This document shows, one piece after another, positions 29,398-39,867 of a DNA stretch of 64,000 bases. The first letter of the stretch is position 1; each line of letters starts with the position of its first letter. The notes under the pieces were generated by a model that was not told the DNA's origin, did not search any database, and saw only the letters and a list, made by a program, of their open reading frames with translations. Location of the stretch: positions 416,001 through 480,000 of the forward strand of contig CBDAOY010000007.1 in NCBI GenBank assembly GCA_965198225.1, written 5' to 3'. Source of the DNA: Terriglobia bacterium. Its GTDB lineage: Bacteria > Acidobacteriota > Terriglobia > 20CM-2-55-15. Both the position numbers and the translations under genes were made by a program.

Positions 29398-30459
29398 TTA
29401 GTCACCGCGGAGATACTCCTTGCGGAGCTTGGCGACGACGGTGAAGTGCGGGTCCACCACGTTGGCAATCTCATATTCCATGACGTGTCCGAGCAACAGT
29501 CCGGAGGCTCGCTCGTCGAACCCGTAGTCGGCAATGAGCCAGCTTTGGAGCTCGGTCGTGGCGTGCTGCAGTGCCTGCAGGAGCGGCCGCGCGCTGCCAA
29601 GCACCATGATGTAGTCTTCGTTTTCCAGACGCGGCCAGTTGATCGTCTTGCCCTTGACCAGGTCCACCGAAAACTCGACGTCCATCGACACCTCCAGCGC
29701 GTTCCCGGCTACTTCGCCGTGACCCTGCCGAGCGTGACCGTCGCCGACGAAGAGCAGCGCTCCGGGCTCATAGACCGGGAGCATCAAAGTCACGCCCTCG
29801 ACCAGCCCGAAATAGTCCATGTTCCCGCCGAACTCGCCCGGGGTTGCGGTGAAGACCGCTTCCTTGTTCGGCGGCGCCACTGCGACACAGCCGAGCATCG
29901 GCACCAGAGGGACTTCGATAACGGACGGTTGCAGGTCCGGGGTTGTCGTCCGCGCGACCCCCTCGGCCAGATCAAGCTCCCAGACCTCGCAACGCGGTGA
30001 ATCCAGGTCCACGCATGGCTGTACCTCGGGGACTCTGCCCCCCTGCGAACGCAGGTAGAAAGGGTCGGCCGCGTACGGGGCCAGCACCTGAGCGGACCAG
30101 GCGGTCGTTCGGTTTGGCTCGATCTTTTCGATTTGCACCACCAACATGTCCCCGGGCTCCGCGCCCTCGACGTAGAAAGGTCCGGTCTGCGGGTTCCACC
30201 TCCCGGCGACTTCGGTCTCGTTCTCATCGAAGCCACGCGCGTCGATCGTCTTCGTGATCACCCTGTCGCCCGGAGCGATACGTAGTACCGGTTCATGTGC
30301 GAAGGAGAACGTGTTGAAGTAGTGATCCGCCTGAAAACGATGTGTCTGACCACTCGCCTGCTGCGGTGCCGGCGCGGCAGGTTCGGCAGCCGGCAGGAGT
30401 CCTGCCAGCAAAACGAGTAACAGCGTTGTATACACGACCTGAGCTGCTGTTCGGTTCAT
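29398..30459 (-). CDS. Acetamidase/formamidase family protein
   Basis: TGPFYVEGAEPGD, GGNMD, GDGHARQGHGE. Confidence 0.9.
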   Translation of the reverse strand: MNRTAAQVVYTTLLLVLLAGLLPAAEPAAPAPQQASGQTHRFQADHYFNTFSFAHEPVLRIAPGDRVITKTIDARGFDENETEVAGRWNPQTGPFYVEGAEPGDMLVVQIEKIEPNRTTAWSAQVLAPYAADPFYLRSQGGRVPEVQPCVDLDSPRCEVWELDLAEGVARTTTPDLQPSVIEVPLVPMLGCVAVAPPNKEAVFTATPGEFGGNMDYFGLVEGVTLMLPVYEPGALLFVGDGHARQGHGEVAGNALEVSMDVEFSVDLVKGKTINWPRLENEDYIMVLGSARPLLQALQHATTELQSWLIADYGFDERASGLLLGHVMEYEIANVVDPHFTVVAKLRKEYLRGD

Positions 30460-30545
30460 TTGCTCCTCCCGAAGGTTGTATTGATGAGTACGGAAGCAAG
30501 CCTATATTGCTTCAACGTGTCGCGTATTGACAGCCTTCTGTGCGA

Positions 30546-30672
30546 GTGTAGGTGCGCTCTATGAGCGCACCTCCGTTTCGGATCGAAGAAATGTGCGGTC
30601 ACAGACCGCACCTACACCTCCTTCACGTTGTTTCGGATCGAAGAATGTGCGGTCATAGACCGCACCTACACC
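30546..30672. repeat. REP-like palindromes (tandem)
   Basis: Same family, with the right half duplicated. Confidence 0.85.
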
Positions 30673-30769
30673 TTTTGGTACGGACTTCTCTTTGACCCCA
30701 GGCTCCGCCTTTTATAGACTCCTGCAAACGATCCTTGGATAAACGAGTAACTTCCAGCGAGAGGAAGCC

Positions 30770-32656
30770 ATGGTCCTTCGCCTTGCCCTGTTCGCGGCCC
30801 TGCTCGGGGTAGCGCAAGCTCCCGAGCCGATCCCCAACGAGTCCCTGTTTCGAGCCATCCAGCGCGCGGACAGCGCCGAAGTGGATCGGCTGCTCCAGAG
30901 CGGCGTCAGTCCCAATGCGGTGAACGCGGGCGGCGATCCCGCGCTCATGGTGGCCACGTTGTTCGCCGACGTCGAATCTATGGAAGTACTCCTCCGGTAC
31001 GGCGCCGATCCCAGACAGGCGAACGGAGTCGGTTCGACGCCGCTGATGTGGGCCATTCCCAACCTGGATAAGGTCCGGCTCCTGATCGACCACGGCGCCG
31101 ATGTCAACGCGCGGACCTCGACGCTGGAACGAACCCCCTTCCTGATCGCCTCCAGCTACCCGGGTTCGGCAGAAGTGCTGGGCCTGCTCGTCGCTCATGG
31201 TGCCGACATCCGTGCCACCGATGCGGGCGGAGCGGATGCCCTGCGCTTGGCGATTCGATCGGCCGACGCCGAGGTGGTCCGGTTTCTCGTCGAGAGCGGG
31301 ATCGACCCGAATCAAGGTACCGTGTCCCTAAACCGTCCCCACTTGCCGACCGTCGATTACCTGATGTCGGCTGGCCTGAAGGTCGGCGAGAACTCGTTGA
31401 TCGGCGCAACGAACTGGCAGGATCCCGCGCTGATCGCGAGCTGGGTCGAGATGGGAGCCGACGTCAACGCCAGAAGCGCGAATTACGGGAGGACCCCGTT
31501 GATGGTCGCGGCCGCTTCGGAACTCGCCGGTCCGGCAACCTTGAAGCTACTCCTCGACCTGGGCGCCGACCCGAACGCCGAGAGTACCGAAGGCGAACGG
31601 CCGTTGGACTGGGCGGTCTACAGGGACGCCCAGGGGAAGATCGAGGTTCTGGAACAGTACGGTGCGAGGCGGGGCGACGGTCCGCGCGCACGGACGTTTG
31701 ATGCCCCGGACGGCATCGATGATCCACGTGTTTCTTTGAGGCGGAGTGTGTCGCTGCTGCTGGCGTCATCACCGCCGATGTTCGACAACGTCGGATGCGT
31801 CACCTGCCACAACAACACGCTGCCGGGGCTCGCGGCAGCAACCGCGCGGCGGAAAGACATCGACGTAGACGAGCGGCTGGTTCGGGAAAACCTGGATGAC
31901 ATCCTGGCTGTCTACGGACCCGGCGCCGACGACATGATGCAGGGCCGGCAGGCGATCGGCGGGATCGGGCTGACCATCGGCTATGTCGCGATGGCACTGG
32001 CGGCGGAAGAGCATCCCGCAGACAGGATGACCGCGGTGTTCACGCACTGGGTAGCAGCGACCCAGATGCCGGACGGAAGCTGGATCGGAAACGGCGCCAA
32101 CCGCCCTCCGATGGAGTACAGCGCCATCAGTCACACGGCGATGGCCGTGCGGGTCCTGACGTTGTACCAGCTCGCCGCACGCGCTGATGAGATCGAAGGC
32201 CGTTTGGAGCGGGCGCGTGACTGGCTGGTGGCTTCCGAAGCGCATTCCGCCGAGGAACGCGGCATGCGACTCATGGGCCTGGTCTGGGCCGGCGCAGAGC
32301 GTCCCGCAGTGGACGCCGCGATCGCGGAAATTCGAGGCCACCAGGGCGCGAACGGCGGCTGGTCCCAGCTCGCCCAACTGGAAAACGACGCCTACGCGAC
32401 CGGCCTTTCCCTGTTCGCGCTGAACGAGTCGGGAGTCGCGGTCACAGACGACACTTACCGTCGCGGTGTCGCGTATCTGCTCCGAACCCAGTATGCGGAC
32501 GGGTCCTGGCTGGTCCGGACCCGTGCGTTCCCCGTGCAGGGCTATTTCGAGAGCGGGTTCCCGTTCGGCAGACATCAGTGGATTTCGGCCGCGGGAACGG
32601 GTTGGGCCGCAGTTGCGATCGCCCGCTCGCTGCCTGACAGGAACAACGCACCTTAG
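30770..32656 (+). CDS. Exported ankyrin-repeat + CxxCH + prenyltransferase/squalene-cyclase-repeat protein
   Basis: Ankyrin TPLM repeats, CVTCH, QMPDGSW / QGANGGW / QYADGSW motifs. Confidence 0.8.
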   Translation: MVLRLALFAALLGVAQAPEPIPNESLFRAIQRADSAEVDRLLQSGVSPNAVNAGGDPALMVATLFADVESMEVLLRYGADPRQANGVGSTPLMWAIPNLDKVRLLIDHGADVNARTSTLERTPFLIASSYPGSAEVLGLLVAHGADIRATDAGGADALRLAIRSADAEVVRFLVESGIDPNQGTVSLNRPHLPTVDYLMSAGLKVGENSLIGATNWQDPALIASWVEMGADVNARSANYGRTPLMVAAASELAGPATLKLLLDLGADPNAESTEGERPLDWAVYRDAQGKIEVLEQYGARRGDGPRARTFDAPDGIDDPRVSLRRSVSLLLASSPPMFDNVGCVTCHNNTLPGLAAATARRKDIDVDERLVRENLDDILAVYGPGADDMMQGRQAIGGIGLTIGYVAMALAAEEHPADRMTAVFTHWVAATQMPDGSWIGNGANRPPMEYSAISHTAMAVRVLTLYQLAARADEIEGRLERARDWLVASEAHSAEERGMRLMGLVWAGAERPAVDAAIAEIRGHQGANGGWSQLAQLENDAYATGLSLFALNESGVAVTDDTYRRGVAYLLRTQYADGSWLVRTRAFPVQGYFESGFPFGRHQWISAAGTGWAAVAIARSLPDRNNAP

Positions 32657-32699
32657 GGCCACGGGGTCTGAACCGACCAACACTCTGAGGAGGCACGTC

Positions 32700-34448
32700 A
32701 TGGTCGATACCAGGAGTCTCTGCGTCACCCTCACTGCTGGAGTGGTGCTGCTGTTGACCGCACGGACGGGATTGGCACAGGAGCAACCACCCCCGGTTCC
32801 GCCGATCCTGCAGGACTACAAATCCGTGACAACCCAACGCCTGGAGAATCCGGAAGACACCGACTGGCTGATGATCCGGCGTACTTACGACGGCTGGGGC
32901 TACAGCCCGCTTGACGAAATCACGCCGGGCAACGTTGGGCGCCTGCAGCCGGTCTGGGTCCTGTCGACAGGTGTAACCAGCGGCCACGAGGCGCCGCCGC
33001 TCGTAAACAACGGCGTCATGTTCGTCTCGACGCCGCAGAACCAGGTCATCGCGATCGACGCCCGGACCGGCTTGATTCTCTGGCGCTACGTCCGGCCGCG
33101 ACCCGAAGGAGCCATCGTACTCCACGAAACCAACCGCGGTGTCGCGTTGTATGGCGACAAGGTTTTTGTCGCCGCCGCCGAGGCGGTGCTCGTCGCACTG
33201 GATGCGAGAACCGGCGCGGAAGTCTGGACCACGCAGGTTGAGGAAAACAGGAACGGCTATTACACGACGATGGCGCCACTCGTTGCCGGCGGCAAGGTCA
33301 TGGTCGGTGCGTCGGGTGGTGAGCGTGGAATCCGCGGTTTCGTGGCCGCCTACGACCCCGATACCGGCGATGAACTGTGGCGGACCTATACGGTGCCGGA
33401 GCCGGGAGAACCCGGCAGCGAAACCTGGCCCGACGGTGACCAGTGGAAGACCGGCGGCGCACCGGTGTGGGTCACCGGCAACTACGATCCCGAGACCAAT
33501 CTGACTTTTTGGGGCACCGGAAACGGGGGTCCGTGGATGGGCGACCAGCGCCCCGGAGACAATCTGTACACCGCCTCAACGGTCGCAATCGACGTCGCCA
33601 CGGGCGAGATCAGAGGTTACCACCAGTATCACCCGAACGATTCCTGGGACTGGGACGAGGTTTCACCTCCGATCCTGGTCGACTACGAGCGCGACGGCAG
33701 GACGATCAAGGGTCTGATCGACGTCGCCCGCAATGGCTACCTGTGGTTCCTCGAGCGCACCGAGGGCCGGATCAATTTCATCGAAGGCAAGCCATACGTG
33801 AACCAGAACGTGTTTTTGAGCCTCGACCCCGAAACCGGGCGGCCCGAGATCGATCCCGAACACAAGCCTGGTACAGGGAAGCTAGCGCAACACTGTCCAT
33901 CGCTCTGGGGCGGAAAGAACTGGCCGCCGATCGCCTTCAGTCCGCAGACGCGGATGATTTACATACCGGCCAATGAGAATCTCTGCGGAACATCGATCGG
34001 ACGGGAGATCGACTACGAACCGGGCCGTCCTTTCACCGGTGCCCGGACGACCTTCATCGTCGTGCCGGGAGCCGAACACATCGGCGAGGTACAGGCGTGG
34101 AACGTCGACACCGGCGAGCGGGTATGGACCCACACCTACGCGAAGTCCCAGAACTGGGGATCGATGATGGCGACCGCCGGCGGATTGGTGTTCACCGGCG
34201 GGACCAACGATCGCCTGTTCCATGCATTCGATGCGTCGAGCGGCGAGCTGTTGTGGGAGTTTCCGACCAACTCCGGCATCCTTGGCCCGGCGACGTCATT
34301 CTCGCTCGACGGGAGGCAGTACATCGCCGTCCAGTCGGGTTGGGGTGTTGACGCACGGAGTATGCAGGGTCGACTCAACACGGCCTCGCCGGGCGAGTAT
34401 CCGGAAGTTCCGGAAGGTGGAGCGGTTTGGGTGTTCGCCATCAGATGA
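32700..34448 (+). CDS. PQQ-dependent dehydrogenase (alcohol dehydrogenase-like)
   Basis: Trp-docking propeller repeats, GNGGPW, DSWDWD, GGKNWPP; RBS GAGGAGG. Confidence 0.9.
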   Translation: MVDTRSLCVTLTAGVVLLLTARTGLAQEQPPPVPPILQDYKSVTTQRLENPEDTDWLMIRRTYDGWGYSPLDEITPGNVGRLQPVWVLSTGVTSGHEAPPLVNNGVMFVSTPQNQVIAIDARTGLILWRYVRPRPEGAIVLHETNRGVALYGDKVFVAAAEAVLVALDARTGAEVWTTQVEENRNGYYTTMAPLVAGGKVMVGASGGERGIRGFVAAYDPDTGDELWRTYTVPEPGEPGSETWPDGDQWKTGGAPVWVTGNYDPETNLTFWGTGNGGPWMGDQRPGDNLYTASTVAIDVATGEIRGYHQYHPNDSWDWDEVSPPILVDYERDGRTIKGLIDVARNGYLWFLERTEGRINFIEGKPYVNQNVFLSLDPETGRPEIDPEHKPGTGKLAQHCPSLWGGKNWPPIAFSPQTRMIYIPANENLCGTSIGREIDYEPGRPFTGARTTFIVVPGAEHIGEVQAWNVDTGERVWTHTYAKSQNWGSMMATAGGLVFTGGTNDRLFHAFDASSGELLWEFPTNSGILGPATSFSLDGRQYIAVQSGWGVDARSMQGRLNTASPGEYPEVPEGGAVWVFAIR

Positions 34449-34527
34449 ACAGGCGGCGGGGTGATCTACAACACCGCTCCTTCCTGAAGACTGCAGCCGA
34501 GTTGTGCCGGCCGTTACAGGCCACTAG

Positions 34528-37281
34528 CTAGAAGCTCAGCCGCAGACTGAGACTGCCGATGATAGCTAGAAGCCAGCCGCGACTGAACTGGATGATCCGA
34601 CCAGCGTTTTGGGTGTCCGTAATCTGACCAAACGATTCTGCCGCCATCCTGGCGTTCGGCTCGGAGAACTGGGGGTGGTTGAAGGCGTTGATGAATTCCG
34701 CGCGGAATAGAAGAGATCGGGTCTGATCGCTGGAGATCGCAAACGACCGGCTGATAGCGATGTTGAAATTCGTCGTGCCGTCCTTGCGAAAGGTGTTGCG
34801 CGAAAGGTTGCCGTAGCCATCTCGGAACGGCGCTCCCACGTCGAAGGCATCCCGGCGGAGGATCGCCAGCGCCGTGTCGGGATCGTCGACACTCCGCCCG
34901 AGCAGGCTCGGATCCAGTATCGAAGGCCGGTCGCCACGCTCTCCGTCCACATTGCCGAAGCCCGGGGCGTCGTTTCCCGTCTGGACCGTGAACGGCGTCC
35001 CATCCTTGAGGATTGTCGTACCCGACACGGACCATGCGCGAAAAATACGTCCCGGCAGCCGAAACGTGTAGCCCAGCACGAAGCTGTGCGGTGCGTCGAA
35101 ACTGCTGCGGGCTTTCAGATCCTGGAACGCGATCGATTCGTCCTGGGTCAGACGCTCCTGGGTGTTCGTCCCGGGGTTCGAGAAGTTTGATCCCGAGTCC
35201 AGCGCCTTGCTCCACGTGTACGTCGCCCGCACCGCCAGCCCACGGCCGAACACTTTTTCCACCGAAAACTGTGCCGCGTCGAAGTAGCCCCGGGCCTGAT
35301 TCGTCACCCGTGCGATCGAGAAGAACCTCGGATCCGGTCGCCGGTCGTTGATGGTCGACGAGAGGCGTGGGATACCGTCGACTTGTTCCGCCCGGTTTTC
35401 TCGAACGACCCGAAACAGCTTCCACGTGCGGCTGCCGACGTATGTGGCCCTCAGGATGACGTCGCGCGGCAGTTCGTGGGTCACGTCCAATGTGTACTGG
35501 TGCGAATACGGCGTGACGAGTTCCGGATCCATCAGATTCAGACCGGACCGAGGCACCTCGCCCGGTTGCTGCACGAAGTCTTTCAAAGGATCCAGCAGGT
35601 CGGGCATCTGCACTCTGACCCGCAATACCTCCGGCGGATTCAGCCGCGCCAACCGGAACGTTGCCGGGAAGACGGACCCGTAAGCGATGCCGTATCCGGC
35701 ACGAAAGGTCGTGGCTCCACGGGCCCAGGCCAGTCCGATCCGCGGCGCAAGATTATTGGTATCCGACGCCTGCGGGAAACGCGTCAGCCGGTCCACTTCC
35801 GACGGTTTGCCCGCGAACTCATAGCGGAGGCCCAGGGTGAGGTGGAAGCCGGGCGCCAGCCGGATGCGGTCGCTGGCATACAGGCTGAGGTTGGTCCGGC
35901 GGAAGCCACGGTACAGCTCACCCAGGACGACGGTGTAACGGGTCGCTTCACCCCGCAGGAAGTTCTCGATGCCGGACCGACCGAGATGCGCTCGGATGCT
36001 GAAGACGCCTCGAGCGCCGTCGGCCTGGAACTCGTTCAGCTGAGTTCGTTCGACGAATCCACCCCAGTCGAACTGGTGGGCATCGAAGGTGGTGCTTCCC
36101 TGCAGAAGGTACTCGAAATCGTTGCTGACGCGCCGGATCGGCAGATTGAATCGCGCGCCCACCCGTTCCAGACCAGGTGTGTTCACGAACGGTCCGATGG
36201 AGCCGGGAGGCACCAGGATGTGAGCCTTGCGGCGTACGAAGTTAAGGCCGGCAGCGAGCCGGCTTCGATCCGAAAGCTGGTGCTCCAGGGCCAGGTTCAA
36301 GGTCTGTGGGCGGAGCCGCTGGTTGGGATTCTGGCCGCCGACGAGCTCGAAACCGTCGATGAAGTCATCCGCAAATGAGTAGCGCATCGAAAACCGTTGC
36401 CGCTCGGTTCGTTCCCAGTCCAACCGGAGGCTCCCCTGCGTGTTCCGGATCTTCTGGGTGGCGTTCGTATTCAACAGGCGCTGGTCGATCTCGGTCCGGT
36501 TGGGCAGCTCGGCCGGATAGGCAGCCAGCCACTCCTGGACGACAGCCCGGACGGCGGGATCGGCCGCCGTCGAGGTGCGTTCGTTGGGCAACGGAACCAG
36601 CACATTTCCGTTCACGAACCCCGATTCCCGAGTCTCTTCGCCCGTGACGAGGAACGAGAATCGGTCCGATCCCAGCGGGCCGCCGAAACGGAATCCGTAG
36701 CGGTTCTCCCGGGATGGCAGGACCTCTCCAACCTGGAAAAAAGCCCGGGCGTTCAAGGTGTGGTTGTTGTGTGTTTCGTAGATCTCGCCGTGAAGGGCTT
36801 GACGCCGGTCGGCGCGGATGAGCTGCGGGCTGCGTCCCACGCCACCCAGTTCGGCGGCGTAGTTCTGACGGGCGGCCGAAAACTCGGTGATCGGCTGCAC
36901 CCGCGCACCCTGCCGTTCCAATGACTCGATCAGGGCCTGGGTGTCGATGAGGTTGATCTGGATGTTCTGGTTGCGACGAGCGCCCGCTTCGGGTTGTTGC
37001 TCGGATTGTTCGACCGATTCGGGGCTGACGCTGACCTGGACGGATTCAGTGAGGGGGACGACTATACCGGCAACCGAAGCGATCACCCTGTCCTGAACCA
37101 CTGCGCGCACAGTGTAGGTGCCTTCGGCGAGGTCGTCGAACAGATAACTTCCGGCAACTGGCGCAGCGGTCTGTCCCACGACTTCGCCGGAGCTATCGGT
37201 CACGACCAGTTCGAGGTTATCGACCGTTCCATCGAGATGGACCGTCAGGCCCACTACGAATGAGATAAGAAACACGAGCAT
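34528..37281 (-). CDS. Oar-like TonB-dependent receptor
   Basis: NNLAPRIGLAW, FRAEFINAFNHPQF, C-terminal LRLSF. Confidence 0.85.
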   Translation of the reverse strand: MLVFLISFVVGLTVHLDGTVDNLELVVTDSSGEVVGQTAAPVAGSYLFDDLAEGTYTVRAVVQDRVIASVAGIVVPLTESVQVSVSPESVEQSEQQPEAGARRNQNIQINLIDTQALIESLERQGARVQPITEFSAARQNYAAELGGVGRSPQLIRADRRQALHGEIYETHNNHTLNARAFFQVGEVLPSRENRYGFRFGGPLGSDRFSFLVTGEETRESGFVNGNVLVPLPNERTSTAADPAVRAVVQEWLAAYPAELPNRTEIDQRLLNTNATQKIRNTQGSLRLDWERTERQRFSMRYSFADDFIDGFELVGGQNPNQRLRPQTLNLALEHQLSDRSRLAAGLNFVRRKAHILVPPGSIGPFVNTPGLERVGARFNLPIRRVSNDFEYLLQGSTTFDAHQFDWGGFVERTQLNEFQADGARGVFSIRAHLGRSGIENFLRGEATRYTVVLGELYRGFRRTNLSLYASDRIRLAPGFHLTLGLRYEFAGKPSEVDRLTRFPQASDTNNLAPRIGLAWARGATTFRAGYGIAYGSVFPATFRLARLNPPEVLRVRVQMPDLLDPLKDFVQQPGEVPRSGLNLMDPELVTPYSHQYTLDVTHELPRDVILRATYVGSRTWKLFRVVRENRAEQVDGIPRLSSTINDRRPDPRFFSIARVTNQARGYFDAAQFSVEKVFGRGLAVRATYTWSKALDSGSNFSNPGTNTQERLTQDESIAFQDLKARSSFDAPHSFVLGYTFRLPGRIFRAWSVSGTTILKDGTPFTVQTGNDAPGFGNVDGERGDRPSILDPSLLGRSVDDPDTALAILRRDAFDVGAPFRDGYGNLSRNTFRKDGTTNFNIAISRSFAISSDQTRSLLFRAEFINAFNHPQFSEPNARMAAESFGQITDTQNAGRIIQFSRGWLLAIIGSLSLRLSF

Positions 37282-37450
37282 TACGGCCTACATCTTATTC
37301 CAGATCAACGCGGCAGCGAGTGCCTCTTCATTTAAAATTGCCATTTCGTCGAACGTTGGCCGGCTTGTGATCATGAACTTGACTTCAATCGAGCGTTCAC
37401 ACAGAGTAGTAGCCACAAGCACTCGATCGACAAGTCAATCGGAGGTCCGA

Positions 37451-39697
37451 ATGAGAAAACTATTGGTGTTTCTCTTTATGTGCTCCCCCCTTGCGGCCCA
37501 GAGCCAGCTTCCCCCTGCTGCTTCAATCGAGGTTGACTACGACCAAGACGTCCGGCCATTGCTTTCGCAGAACTGTTACTCGTGCCATGGACAGGATGTG
37601 CAACAGTCGGGGCTGCGCCTCGACTTGCGGCAGAACGCCTTACGGGGCGGTGATTACGGGCCGGTCATCGTTCCGGGCAACAGCGCGGAAAGCAAGCTGA
37701 CCCGTCGCCTTGTCACTGGGGATGGCGGATTGCAGATGCCGCCTACGGGCGCGCTCACGGATGAAGAGATTGGAATCTTGCGAGCCTGGATCGACCAGGG
37801 CGCGGAGTTTCGGACGGAGATCGCGGAAGAAGCCCCTCCAGAGCCCCTCGATCCCAAGGTCGCGGTGTTTCTGGCAGCCGTCCGTTCCCCTGACCCACAG
37901 ACCGTAGAGAAGCTTATCGCCGCAGATCCCGAAGTTGTGCACTCGAAGGACGCGGCCGGCTCCACTGCGCTGCATCATGCAGCGGGTTTCGGCACTCTGG
38001 AGACTATCCAGTTGCTGCTCGACAAAGGAGCCGGGGTCAATGCGAAGAATCGCCGCTCTTCAACGCCGCTTCACTGGGCGATCCATGACGAGGCGCGGGT
38101 CCGATTGCTGCTCGAGCACGGTGCAGCAATCAACGCCAAACAGGTCGAGGATCGCACGCCACTGTATCAGGCCGCGGTGCTCGAGAACGGGAACGCAGTT
38201 CTCCGGCTTTTGCTCGAAAAAGGCGGTGATCCGAGCCTGGCAACACTGGTCGGGCGGACTCCGCTCATGTCGGCTGCCGGTCGCGGCGACCTCGAAGCAA
38301 TGCGCCTGCTGATCGCGAAGGGTGCGGACGTCAACAGGAAGAGCGGAGCTGGTGACACGGCTTTGATGGCAGCGGCGGCTAACGGAAGTCTTCAAGCCGT
38401 GCAGTTGCTGCTCGATCACGGCGCCGACCCCAGTGTACAAAGCAAGCGCAATGAAACGGCGCTCGGGAATGCCGCCACGGCGGGAAACGAGGAAACATTC
38501 AAACTCGTGCTCGATCAGGGCGCGGATGTGAATATTCGAAACGTCCGTGGCTATTCACCGTTGATGCTCGCCGCCAGTTCGGACACCATGCCGGATGAGA
38601 TTGTGAAAATGCTTCTCTCCAAGGGTGCCGACACGAGCTACTCCGCTGACTATGACGAAACCGCAACCATGCTTGCCGCAAAACGGGGTGACACGGGAGT
38701 GACACGCCTGCTCGGGGGCCTGGAAAAGGAAAGCATGGGCGAGCCTGCCGCGGCGGTACCTGATAGAGCACCTCTGGGTTCGGTGTCCGAGGCTGTCGAA
38801 AAAGCCATGGAGCTGCTGGAAAAACAGAGCTACGACTTCATCCGTATCGCGGGCTGCAATTCGTGCCACTCGCAGGATCTGCCGTCTGCCGCTGCTGGAC
38901 TTGCGCGCGATAGCGGCCTGAGGGCGCCCGAGATCTCGCAACTGCCCGCCTCGATGCTGCCTTCCACGGAGCGAGTCATGGATTTGAGTGGTAGCAGTTC
39001 GGTGACCCTGGCCTGGCAGCTGTTCGATCTGGGTATGAACCATGTTCCGAAGAGTGAGTACACGGATGCCGTCGTGCGCTACATCAAAGCAATGCAGGCG
39101 CCGGAAGGGAACTGGCCCCGCAATGAGAACCGGCGGCCTCCGATGAGCTCCGGTGATTTTCAGGCTACCGGGTTCGCCATCTACGCGCTGGAACACTACG
39201 GCCCGGAAGCGGAGACGGCGAGCACCGATGTGGCTCTGGCCAAAGCCGTCAGGTGGCTCGAAAACGCAAGGTCTTCCATCACACAGGATCGGGCCTTCCA
39301 CTTGCTCGGGCTGGCCTGGGGCAACGCCTCTCCCGCTTCGATCGAGGACGCCACGCGCTCACTGGCTGCCTTGCAGCGGGACGACGGGGGTTGGAACCAA
39401 TTGCCGGAGATGGTCTCGGATGCGTATGCCACCGGACAGGCGCTGTATGCCCTGACCACGGCCGGCAAGATGGCCGTAACCGATCCAGTGTATCGGAGGG
39501 GCGTCGACTATCTGTTACGTACGCAGGCCTCCGATGGATCCTGGCTCGTGAAGACGCGTGCGATATGGGTGCAGCCTTACTTCGAAAGCGGATTCCCATA
39601 CGGTCGAGATCAGTTCATTTCAACCGCCGGAACCGCCTGGGCCGCGATGGGGCTTGCGCCAGCCGTTGAGCGTCAATCGGAAGCCGGAAAAAGATAA
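37451..39697 (+). CDS. Planctomycete-type cytochrome c domain + ankyrin + CxxCH + cyclase-repeat protein
   Basis: CYSCHG...MPP...WIDQGA, ankyrin repeats, CNSCH, QRDDGGW / QASDGSW. Confidence 0.82.
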   Translation: MRKLLVFLFMCSPLAAQSQLPPAASIEVDYDQDVRPLLSQNCYSCHGQDVQQSGLRLDLRQNALRGGDYGPVIVPGNSAESKLTRRLVTGDGGLQMPPTGALTDEEIGILRAWIDQGAEFRTEIAEEAPPEPLDPKVAVFLAAVRSPDPQTVEKLIAADPEVVHSKDAAGSTALHHAAGFGTLETIQLLLDKGAGVNAKNRRSSTPLHWAIHDEARVRLLLEHGAAINAKQVEDRTPLYQAAVLENGNAVLRLLLEKGGDPSLATLVGRTPLMSAAGRGDLEAMRLLIAKGADVNRKSGAGDTALMAAAANGSLQAVQLLLDHGADPSVQSKRNETALGNAATAGNEETFKLVLDQGADVNIRNVRGYSPLMLAASSDTMPDEIVKMLLSKGADTSYSADYDETATMLAAKRGDTGVTRLLGGLEKESMGEPAAAVPDRAPLGSVSEAVEKAMELLEKQSYDFIRIAGCNSCHSQDLPSAAAGLARDSGLRAPEISQLPASMLPSTERVMDLSGSSSVTLAWQLFDLGMNHVPKSEYTDAVVRYIKAMQAPEGNWPRNENRRPPMSSGDFQATGFAIYALEHYGPEAETASTDVALAKAVRWLENARSSITQDRAFHLLGLAWGNASPASIEDATRSLAALQRDDGGWNQLPEMVSDAYATGQALYALTTAGKMAVTDPVYRRGVDYLLRTQASDGSWLVKTRAIWVQPYFESGFPYGRDQFISTAGTAWAAMGLAPAVERQSEAGKR

Positions 39698-39721
39698 ACC
39701 GCAGTTAGCCAACCAGCGTTC

Positions 39722-39762
39722 AAGAACGAGGCCCCGACGCACTTGTCGGGGCCTCGTTTCTT
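39722..39762. terminator. Hairpin terminator
   Basis: ACGAGGCCCCGAC...GTCGGGGCCTCGT followed by TTCTT. Confidence 0.7.
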
Positions 39763-39797
39763 GTGCGCTGAACAATGAAGCACCTGTCCAAACGGAG

Positions 39798-39867
39798 GTG
39801 TAGGTGCGGTCTATGACCGCACATTGTTCTAGACTGCGGAACGTGCGCTCATAGAGCGCACCTACAC
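39798..39867. repeat. REP-like paired palindrome
   Basis: Same family as 14135-14207. Confidence 0.85.

Noticed and set aside
30770-39697. Terpene (squalene-hopene cyclase) biosynthetic cluster
   Set aside because: QW-like repeats are present, but there is no DXDD motif, the proteins are exported, and no isoprenoid genes are nearby.
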